From positions 53,618 to 73,617 of the forward strand of contig JYFJ02005370.1 of NCBI GenBank assembly GCA_000934665.2: DNA of 20,000 nt, in the 5' to 3' direction. The notes beneath the pieces are model-generated. The model searched no databases, was not told the DNA's origin, and was given only the letters and a program-made list of their open reading frames with translations. The DNA comes from Catajapyx aquilonaris. Its lineage: Eukaryota. A program made the position numbers and the translations under genes. Positions 10,930 to 20,000 of this stretch are shown here, in pieces; position 1 is the stretch's first letter; every line of letters starts with the position of its first letter.

Positions 10930-12345
10930 AAGCGGAAAAGGTTTCTCCCCTATAACATCCGCCGCCACAAACAACTCGTAATAGAGGCCAGATAGAGGTG
11001 TTTTGTGGGCGGGCTGGCAAAAAGGCATTGGCCAATAACAAAACGGTAAGAGTTGAGGGGAAGTGGGGGGGGGGGCTATGTAATAAGAGCTGGTAATGAG
11101 GGGACGCCCCCCTCTGTTATGCAGGGGGTAGTATCTTGAAGCTGCAGGGCAGAGGGGGAGATGAATACAGGGAGGGCACCTCAATCGTCCACCAACAAGG
11201 GCTCGTCAGCCAAGCTATTAGAGGGCCTGTCAAAATCAGCCGCAACTCCAACATGGAAACGAGTGCAGTGGGATAATTAATTGGATCTCGTCCCGTGAAA
11301 TCCGCAGGGGAAATGGAAGAGGAGAGGCAGATATGGAAGGGGTAGTCCGGGAATGTTATGTGAAATGGGGAGGTGTATGTCCCCAAAATCTCTTCGCGCT
11401 TAAGAGGAGGACTATTTATCTCCGAAATCCGGTTCATTATGGTTGTTACAGACCGTACAGGGGGGGGGGGGTAATGGCCAATTGATTTATTCATGGAGTT
11501 GCTGAAACATGTGTGAAGGGAGAGAGAGGGCCAGAGAGATTGAGGGGAAAACCTGGCTCGTGGGGGAAATGTGGGAAAGATGAGCTGACATCCTCAACAT
11601 TATGCACTGCAGGAGTCATACTTAGAGCTTAATTGGAGCAGGACAAGTCGTGGGATCGAGCAGTCCGAAATATGTGTCCAATTAGAGACATGAACTGAAA
11701 TATACATAGTGTACTCCTCCGCCTGGCTGTCATACAGTGTCATCTCTCCCCCTCCTCTTTTGCATACATCAATTTGACTAATGCTTCGAAATGAGGTCTA
11801 AATGAATCTAGTCTTAATCCCATCAGTCTTCTCATGTCCTCCGCAGAGTAAATAAGAGGCGGCTGGTGCATTTTGCTATGGAGGGGTGGATGGGGGTGTG
11901 GCGAAGAAGCTTTCCTGTTTTGCTGGCAGGGCAAAATCTAGGCCCTAGTGGATTAGGAAGAGGTGGGGCCAGGCCTCAATCCCCCTTTAAGACAGCTCAG
12001 CTGCTGTGTGCCAGCACGCCCGCTAATGCAATAAGGACGCTCAAGAAGAGCAGACCTGGATAAATATCCCCTGTGTGCCCGTCTTTGCGCTGCCACGCTA
12101 ACCTAGCTAACAGTCAAGCCTAGCTGCCAACCAGGAGACAGATCCGCCTGGAATTTACTCTCATAGGTGTCACAAGCCTGTTGATTCGCTCCTCCTATTA
12201 GCAGCCTCATTAAGATGTCCTCAGCTGTCTCGGATGGGGGGACTCCACAAGTTTTGCTGTCGTCCCTGATTTGCTGGCTATGGCCTCTAAATATCAACCG
12301 CTTTGGGTGGTCTGATGCTTCCCGGATAGGGGACGCTAGTATCTA
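10930..12345 (-). pseudogene. Putative endogenous viral element: degraded fragment resembling Mononegavirales L protein (capping/PRNTase domain into connector)
   Basis: Across frameshifts the minus strand gives, in order: DTSVPYP (~12343-12323), CDTYESKFQADLSPGW (~12174-12127), FLSVLIALAG (~12047-12018), DMRRLMGLRLDSFRPHFEALVKLMYAK (~11838-11758) and WTHISDCSIPR (~11682-11650). These parallel VSV L motifs recalled from memory ([63 protein letters not shown]). The GxxT glycine and HR motif are not cleanly preserved; the left boundary is a guess. Confidence 0.5.
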
Positions 12346-12653
12346 GCCTGATGTGGACACTGAAATAGGTCGTAATTAAGCATGCTCTGTGCTTTTTATC
12401 GGCCTACATCTGAGCTTAATTTCCGTTTAGACTACAGTAGAACTAGGAAACTAGGGACAAAAATGTAGGCGGCGAGTCAACTACCAATGTGACAAAGTTG
12501 GAGATTTGTATCTAATAGGGTATTGGGAGGGACAACTCGAAGTTGCCCTGGCACACAATTAGCAATCATTACTTTTCCCACCTCCCATCCCACCCACTCT
12601 TCCATCTCATTCTGCTCTACCGTCTCTCCATTGAAGTAACAAAGTAAAGAACT

Positions 12654-12902
12654 GAATGGGTTAGTGCCATAACGTGCTAAGCCACAAAACCTTCATTCTG
12701 AGATATGGGCTTTCAAAAGTTTGGCTTAACATGGCAAATCATACAAAACAAGGAACATTATTCGTGATTTTCTCGTGATCTATGGGGAATTTTTCTAACT
12801 ACGTGATGCCCACTTGTGAAGCACGATGGTGGGACTTTCAGACACGTGCAAGCTCAAAAAACACAAAAGTGTGGCTTAGCACGTTATGGCACTAACCCCT
12901 TC
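12654..12902. mobile_element. 249-bp MITE with 33-bp TIRs and 4-bp TSD (Sola-like)
   Basis: AACT|GAATGGGTTAGTGCCATAACGTGCTAAGCCACA...TGTGGCTTAGCACGTTATGGCACTAACCCCTTC|AACT. One mismatch between TIRs; AACT at 12650-12653 and 12903-12906. Confidence 0.88.
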
Positions 12903-13389
12903 AACTATTTAAAAACTTGCGTGATAACAGATAATATGTAAGTAAAATGCAGTAATTGGCGGATTGTCCACTGCCCCCTGATTGTGAACTATTATCATGC
13001 CAACCATAAACAGTCACACTAACAAAATAATTAATGATAAATTTTTCATAAACAGGGTGATTTGCAACTAAAAAAGCAAACTTTTAAGTTAAATTCTTGG
13101 TTATTACAGGTTTACTACTGGTATACTAATGGTCGTCGGTAAAGCCTCATTACTGACTGTGAGATAACTATTTCAAACACAATGCAAAAAATATGCTATC
13201 AGGTAGCCTATGAAAACTTTCTCACTAGTTTGTCTTTTCATCTAAAATGTGCCACCATGCGATTTAAAACACTGCCAGTCCGTCAGATGCAGCAGCCAAT
13301 CAACGTGTCCGAAGGCAGGCAATACCCAAAGTTTAAGCTTCTTTTAATTAAAGCTAATTACAGGCTGCGCTGACCACAGGATATCACTA

Positions 13390-13500
13390 CGTAAAATGTA
13401 CTGACAGAATTCGTTCGAGAAGTTTTCTCCGTTTAGTTTCGTAACACCCTGCAATTTTATTATGCAGTCTGACTGGCAGTTCATATCAGTACATTTTACA
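13390..13500. mobile_element. 111-bp TA-flanked MITE (Tc1/mariner/pogo-type)
   Basis: TA|CGTAAAATGTACTGA...TCAGTACATTTTACA|TA; 15-bp TIR with one terminal mismatch. Confidence 0.65.
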
Positions 13501-14317
13501 TACCGACATTGCACTATGAGCAAACATGCGAAATAGCGCCGACGTTTGAGATTCGCGAATATAACAAGCTGAATGGCCAGCGTGGCGCTACCTATCCATT
13601 TCTAGACGGATGATAGCTTTTGTGACACCGCAATTTCCCCGGCAATCACCACATTCATTATTCTTCTCAACCAAGGCGCGAGGGTTATGATTAGCACGTA
13701 ATTGCAAAAAAAAAAAGAGTTTAATAAGGTTATCTGGTTTAAAGATGTGGCGAGCTGATCAGGAAGCTTAATTATAGGCCCTTATTTGGACATGGCTTTG
13801 TGAACAAGAGACCTGGCGGGGAAGGGAAAATAATGACAAAAGGCCTGTGCCAGACAAAAGGATAGCTATCACTACTTGTCCCTGTGGCTGGGACCTACAG
13901 GTAAGCCCCGCCCACGACACCGGTCGTGATAACTAGTTGCATTGTGGTCTCCTCTCATTCCGATCAGTGGCGTGCGGTGGTCAGAATGCGTAGGAAAAGC
14001 CGGACGTTTGACGAACAGGTCCCAACCACAGTCAAGCATGTTGTGCCAGTGGTGGTGGATGGAGGATGGGGGAGGGGAGGGCGATTGGGGGAGCCAGCTT
14101 TCGGCCTGAGTTTCGTCAGTGCAGGACAAAGTCAGTAGATTGGACGCCAGTTCCATCAATTGTCGGGAGAAATGCAACGTGATAGTATGGTAGATATTTT
14201 CTATATATTCGGAGGTACTATACCAACTTCATCCAGCTTATTCTTTACCAGTATATTCTAAATTACAGGATGTAACTGACAGTCATTTTATTCGCGTTCC
14301 CGCTTCTTAAAACTCAT

Positions 14318-14598
14318 AAGTGGGCGGCATGGTGGTCTATCGGTTACGCCGCTGGCCAGCCAAGCGGGAGGCCGGGGTTCAAATCCCGTCCCCGTCACCT
14401 CGTCTGCTTGGCCGGGTCTTTTTCCGCTTTTTCACCCGACATGCCGGAGCAGAATTGCACTCCCATCTCTGCTCGGGGCCAGGAGAAAAGGCCTGGTGTT
14501 AAAGAATGTCAGTAATGGCTATCGCACAGCGCCCTCCCTTGGGAACTTCCCCTTCCCCCCTAAGAGGGCCACGAGCTCTATCACGGGGTAACAAAAAA
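14318..14598 (+). mobile_element. Full-length SINE with tRNA-Gly(GCC)-like head and oligo-A tail
   Basis: Head GCATGGTGGTCTATCGG...GCCAAGCGGGAGGCCGGGGTTCAAATCCCG resembles metazoan tRNA-Gly(GCC). A-box 14333-14343, B-box 14376-14386, A-tail; TSD AAAACTCAT at 14309-14317 and 14599-14607. Confidence 0.9.
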
Positions 14599-14939
14599 AA
14601 AACTCATGCACACAATGATTTTAACATAAAACAGTACGGTCAGGCAACTGCGGTGTTCTAATGTTCATATTATTTACACAGCACTTATATCAGGTACAGT
14701 AAATACCGGTAATATATTACATTATAGGCACTTATTTCAGGTAACATAGAAAGGTGAATTATTTCATTTTCTAGCGAATTCTACAGCGGTATTTTATCAT
14801 ACAGTCTGGGCGTCAAAAAGATATATCGTCAGAAAAACTTAGTTTCAGACTTTCAGTGTATGGAAATGGTAGTTTACTGCAGAAAACCAGGGAAGAGATG
14901 GAGTGTGTTTTTCCACAGATCCACGAAGACGAGTCGGCA

Positions 14940-14999
14940 CACACGATTTTGGCTCGCTGCCGCCAAAAAAATGGCGGGAAACGTAGTGACCCGGCCCCC
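14940..14999. mobile_element. Possible TTAA-flanked DNA-transposon end (Kolobok-like) truncating the BTG copy
   Basis: ...GTAGTGACCCGGCCCCC|TTAA (TTAA at 15000-15003) lies exactly where BTG similarity stops, with an AAAATGGCGG subterminal motif. Partner end not found; left boundary arbitrary. Confidence 0.4.
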
Positions 15000-15001
15000 T
15001 T

Positions 15002-15304
15002 AAGGTCCTTATCGGTAAACCGACACTGATTAGTGGCATTCTCAATCATGGGGTAAGCATTTCCCAACATATTATGTTGGGAAATGCTTATTGACGCGAA
15101 GACACCTGTAAGCCTGTCCCCTGGTAGGGGTATTGGGATACCAATGATCAGCGAACTTCTCCAGAAGCTGCTCCACCATGATCCGCTTAAAGGCACCTAC
15201 AACATCCTCTTCTTTGCCCTCGCCCTCTCACGACTAAAACAGGTTCCTCTTTCCACGCTCAAGCTGTACAAAAATTCTACTGCCGCGGTTACCTCCTCCT
15301 TCAT
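15002..15304 (-). pseudogene. Disrupted BTG/Tob (APRO) family gene copy, BTG3/BTG4-like, N-terminus through box A
   Basis: ATG 15304: MKEEVTAAVEFLYSLSVERGTCFSR, frameshift at ~15228, then EGEGKEEDVVGAFKRIMVEQLLEKFADHWYPNTPTRGQAYRCLRVNKHFPT*, a 19-nt insertion, then YPMIENATNQCRFTDKDL. Matches the family signatures MK.EI.A.V.F and HWYP..P.KGQAYRCIRVN....DP. Box B (LTLWVDP.EV) was not found. Confidence 0.9.
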
Positions 15305-15990
15305 GAGTGTGTCAAGACAATGGTTGTTGAGGTAAGTTGTCCTCCTCATAGTACCAAATTAAATTTATTCTGCATTTAGCCAAGCAGCTTCAGGATGAGG
15401 ACCTGCTCAATGCTGTGATACGCCTTGCTTTGTAGCGTGACAGTTTAGTGTATCAAGGAGTCAACGACATAGAAACCACACAACTTACAAGTTAGTGGGT
15501 GCAGTCATACAGTAATTTACCGACACATGGCAATGCTGTACAGGAGAATCTTAACGATCACATTCATTATTTTCCAATGTTGTTGTTGCTTTTACCATCC
15601 ATTACATTATGTTTCTCTGAAACATGTTTATTACATAATCAATTTTAAATACTGTACACTCCTTAAAAGGGGGCCATCTGGAAATGACAGAGCAAGGATG
15701 GAGATAAGGGGGTTCATCCAAATGTCATGTCTTCTTTGCTTTAGACGTTTAGAGTAACAATACAACAATGGTGCCCAAAGAGTTAGTACAGAGTGAGTGA
15801 TGACGATTTTTGGGGCCAAGCAAGCCTTCTATGGTAGGCTAATAAATTCAGTGTCTTGACTCTACTCTTGACACTCCATGACAATCTCTAGGCCTATAGT
15901 TAAAGCTTGGCAAAAGAAGTGTATGAATGATGCCATTCACCACATGAGATGGATGTCACTGAAATTATGCTCTTAGGAGGATTTATCTAA

Positions 15991-17076
15991 CAAGCAAAGT
16001 AACTTTTCTTACCCTCCTGGATTTTGATAATTTTTATAATTTTAATTCTGCTTGGCCTGTAGTGTTGAGAAAACATCACCTCCGCTGCTAAATTCCACGT
16101 TAACAGGGTGAAAATACAGATTAAATGCGATGTTCCGAAAGCCACAACACCAGCGTTCGGTCGCGAGGCGCTCGTCCCGGCTACCCCGGTCGCGGTCGCC
16201 TTTCACCGCGTCTGTAGCTCTCTCCGGTGCCACGAAGGAGAAGGGTCATCTCGCACGCTTTGCAGTCGAAGGCGATTATAATACTGGAGAGCCAGGACAG
16301 GGAGCATAATACTACATAAGAGGCGCAAACATTCGATTCGCCTGTCTCTGTTTGATGGGGCTAACTCGGGGCTAACCATGGGGCCAGGTGGCAGCCATTT
16401 TGAAGAGATGCCAACGAGGTGTAAATAGGGTACAGGCAGGCCAAAGCTTCGCCATCTTTGATGGTTTTAGCGGCGGCCATGGCACTTCACGGCAAGAACA
16501 CGGGCGAATTTGAATATTTTTCCCGTACTTACGGAATTAATACGTAGAAAAGTGCATTAAAGGAGCTCATACGGCAAAAAGATTCAAATTCAGCCGCCAA
16601 AACCATCAAAGATGGCAGACCTTTGGCCTGCCTGTACCCTATTTACACCTCGTTGGCATCTCTTCAAAATGGCCGCCACCTGGCCCCATGGTTAGCCCCG
16701 AGTTAGCCCCATCAAACAGAGACAGGCGAATCGAATGTTTGCGCCTCTTATGTAGTATTATGCTCCCTGTCCTGGCTCTCCAGTATTATAATCGCCTTCG
16801 ACTGCAAAGCGTGCGAGATGACCCTTCTCCTTCGTGGCACCGGAGAGAGCTACAGACGCGGTGAAAGGCGACCGCGACCGGGGTAGCCGGGACGAGCGCC
16901 TCGCGACCGAACGCTGGTGTTGTGGCTTACGGAACATCGCCTTTAGGCTGGATTTTCACCCTGCTAACGTGGAATTTAGCAGTGGAGGTGACGTTTTCCC
17001 AACACTATAGGCCAAGCAGAATTAAAATTATAAAAATTATCAAAATCCAGGAGGGTAAGAAAAGTTACTTTGCTTG
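15991..17076. mobile_element. 1086-bp fold-back non-autonomous element with 484-bp arms, flanked by TAA
   Basis: TAA|CAAGCAAAGTAACTTTTC...GAAAAGTTACTTTGCTTG|TAA. Arms 15991-16474 and 16593-17076 differ at about 15 positions (manual count); additional inner inverted repeat 16506-16527 / 16570-16591. Confidence 0.95.
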
Positions 17077-18240
17077 TAAGGTGTAATTTGTTATAGACTG
17101 ACACTTCCAGAGTGCACATCCCTATTGAATACGTTACAGGCATTCTAGTACAAGTGCAACATTCTAAAACCACCATTACTGCAATAATAATAATCTCTCA
17201 AGCAATCGTGTAACTTTCTGTAACGTAGATGTAAACTGTCAGTTGATTCGACTCTAAGGTCAGATTATATTGCTTCCCAAAAAATACCCTTCATAATGTC
17301 AACTTACAGTAGTGAGAATTCCCCTCCTGATTTGAAAGAAGCAAGCCAAGATTTCCATCTGACGATCTGAGGAATTGCGTTCATTTCACTTCGCGTGACG
17401 TCAACATTTTCGAGGGAAACAGTGACGTCACCATTTCCCTACGAAAAAACGCCAATATCTCCGGAACTGAAACTTATATCTTAAAACGGAATACGCCAAA
17501 AAAATCAAAAAATTATGGGCGAATTTATTATGTAGTTTCCAAAATGAAGGCTAGTTCCCCATTGTACGTTTGCATTAGAATGTTCCGAGAAATGAGAAAA
17601 ATCGGGTGCAACAAGGAGTATAGGGCCAGTACTTTCGAGGAGGTTTCTCGCGTGTGTTGGCAACTGGAAAGAGACTGAATATCCGGGAAGTGATGGCCAC
17701 TGGACGGAACTAATCATACACGTCCATGGTCGTGTCCTGCAACTCGGAATGTGCTGCTTTTCCTTTGCAAATATTAATCGAGTTTCTAGAGACATCTATA
17801 AATGGGGGTATGAGTATCGCAACTCGCAAGTAGACGTGGTGTAGCCGCGCTATATGTGATTGAGTGCGGGGACAGTGTCACCCAAAAGATCTATGAAAAT
17901 AGTGACTCGAATGTGACATTTAAATTGATGAAGCCAACAGAAATAAAACGCACAGGCAACACCAGTCAATGAAAAAAAAAGTGGCTGGTGTTTCTTCGGA
18001 TAATCGATATGCCACCACATTCGTCGGCTCATTTTGAATCATCCTTGTATACAGGTGACATTACAGGAGTAACTTGGAAAGGGTTTACGGTAATGTAGCA
18101 GCCCGTGTCAAAGGAGCTCGCATAGTTCTACTACACACACGGCATTCTTCGAAGGCAATGGTTTATAGTGGCGAGAATTTAGGATGGGTATTACTGAGAA
18201 TCTGGTTGGGGGTACACTCAAACCACGGGGAGCTTGTTAA

Positions 18241-19640
18241 TAGTCCGGTCGAGGAACCGAAACCCGTGCGTTTTTTGGAGGGGACCTTTTTTTATGATCG
18301 CAGATCATTTTTGACATCATAAGGATGAAATTTAGCGTGGGAGCCATTTTTGTAATCTTGGCGTTTGCCCGCCATCTTGAATCCAAAATGGCCGCCGGCT
18401 CCTTTCACGTTTTTGCTTATAACTCCGATGTGGTGCATTTGAGAGCAATGTTCCCCTCTATAAAGGTTACAGAGAATTGTATGGCAGACAGTTAGGTGCC
18501 AAACATAACATCCTGGTGGTAGTAGTTCCAAAGTTACAGCCGGTTTTATGCGTGAAGACTGGAAAATTGAACAATTACTGTGGCCTTTTTTACAGATAAC
18601 TTTGTTTTCGTTTACCGACGAAAGATTTTGTCGAAACAAAAGTGTGAGAAAATGTAATTGCAAACATTTTCGTACCATGACTGGCCTAATCGGATAATTA
18701 GGAGTGAAGTAATCTTACGTTTAACACATATACAATTAGCAAGTTATCTTCGGCGAAAAATAGACAAATCATGAAACAAATTGTAATAGACACAAAGTAA
18801 GGTGTTTTAGACTCAGAAAACTATCCCGAACAACAGACCAAACGTCTAGGAAAATCTAAACATGGGAAAGCCGCCATATTGGCCGCCATCTTGGATTACT
18901 GCGAAAGCAGTCCAGTGCGCATAACTTACGCTGTATGACTCCGATACCCTTCCAAAATATATCAAATGAAAGGTCTTTGAATAGGGAATGTTAATGCGTG
19001 GGAGCCACTCTTGTAATTTGGCCGTTTGGCTGCCATTTTGGAAAATGGAGGCCAGTCTTCGCGGTATGAGCACGTGGTATGAGGAAACACAAAAATCCTT
19101 GCAAAAATCTCACACACTGCATGTATGGCGTTCAAAACGCGTAACTTTTTATAATACGGGAATTTTTATAACATGGAGTATTGTTTATATCACTTGAAAA
19201 GCATTAATAACAGGGTTTTTGTTTTGTTTTTGGCACACGAATATTTTTTAAGAGTATTTAAGCGTTTTGAGCGCCATATGACGTACATGGACAATTTTCA
19301 TGTTTAAGATACCGTTGGATATGTATGTAATCATTCTGTTTCACTAGGTAACTGGTTGTAATCTGAAATAATTAAAAAAGCACATGTAAAAATGGTTTAG
19401 TGTGAAAATTTAACTTTGGTGTATTATAACTGATTTATTATCAAATAATATCATTAGTATCTTCATTTGTATCGGTGTCTTCCATGGATGACTCATACAC
19501 AATCGGGTTGACGTCTTCTTCTGCTTCTGTTTCTATATAAGGACAGATTCCCATTCAGGGTTTCGTCATCCATGTTCCTGGGCAATTCCACGAAAGGCGG
19601 CCATATTGTCCGTACGTAACGCAGGTTTTGCAGACATGTA
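18241..19640 (-). mobile_element. Probable 3' part of an Academ-like DNA transposon
   Basis: Terminus TAGTCCGGTC at 18241 (Academ TIRs start with TAG). Clustered GCCATNTT / AAAATGGCCGCC subterminal motifs and a 45-bp direct repeat (18335-18379 / 18996-19040). Minus-strand acidic tail IETEAEEDVNPIVYESSMEDTDTNEDTND ends at a stop at 19410-19412 and is preceded by Cys-containing remnants. Other end not seen. Confidence 0.5.
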
Positions 19641-20000
19641 CTAGCGTATTTTATTGTAACAATACCCACACATTACATGAAATGGATTAAGCATGCAGTG
19701 CATGCATCCTGGCATTGTTATAATAAAATACTCTTGTGCACGTAGGCAACACTTGCGTTTCGTACGGACGGCTGCGCCATGGAATTGCCCTCCTTCAACT
19801 GCAGTTTGATACGAGTATTAACGATTAGGATCATCTACAATGACCCAGTGAGCAAACGATAGTGCGAAGCCCGAGCACAGTAAATGGCGGCAGTTGCGAT
19901 AATTATTATGATTCTGCCAGATTGCTTCCCAACCCGGATTCATTTAGACAACTCTGTCTTCGAAGTCACTTGCAAGCTTATGAATATAAGAATGCAAGGC

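Noticed and set aside
13872..14177. Pro/Ser/His-rich minus ORF as the BTG C-terminal region
   Set aside because: Only compositional resemblance; no box B or splice evidence links it.
14327..14397. tRNA-Gly gene
   Set aside because: Acceptor and anticodon stems do not pair properly; it continues into a body, A-tail and TSD, so it is a SINE head.
1..20000. CRISPR array, prokaryotic operon or defence system
   Set aside because: No regularly spaced direct repeats or gene-dense layout; SINEs, MITEs and a microsatellite indicate animal nuclear DNA.

Overview
Eukaryotic, repeat-dense genomic DNA from an invertebrate animal, probably an arthropod; no intact protein-coding gene, rRNA, true tRNA or CRISPR array is supported. 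The window is a mosaic of non-autonomous DNA transposons/MITEs: Tc1/mariner with TA TSDs, PIF/Harbinger-like with TAA or CTG TSDs, a 4-bp-TSD Sola-like element, Kolobok-like and Academ-like ends, and several fold-back elements including one of 1.1 kb. It also holds three tRNA-derived SINEs, an internally deleted mariner transposase and a disrupted BTG/Tob-family gene copy (15002-15304, minus). A degraded minus-strand stretch (~10930-12345) has motif order and spacing resembling the capping (PRNTase) domain of a Mononegavirales L polymerase and is a candidate endogenous viral element. Most recognisable protein-coding relics lie on the minus strand, which raises the untested hypothesis of a small-RNA (piRNA/endo-siRNA) source locus. 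All family assignments come from manual reading and recalled motifs, not database searches.
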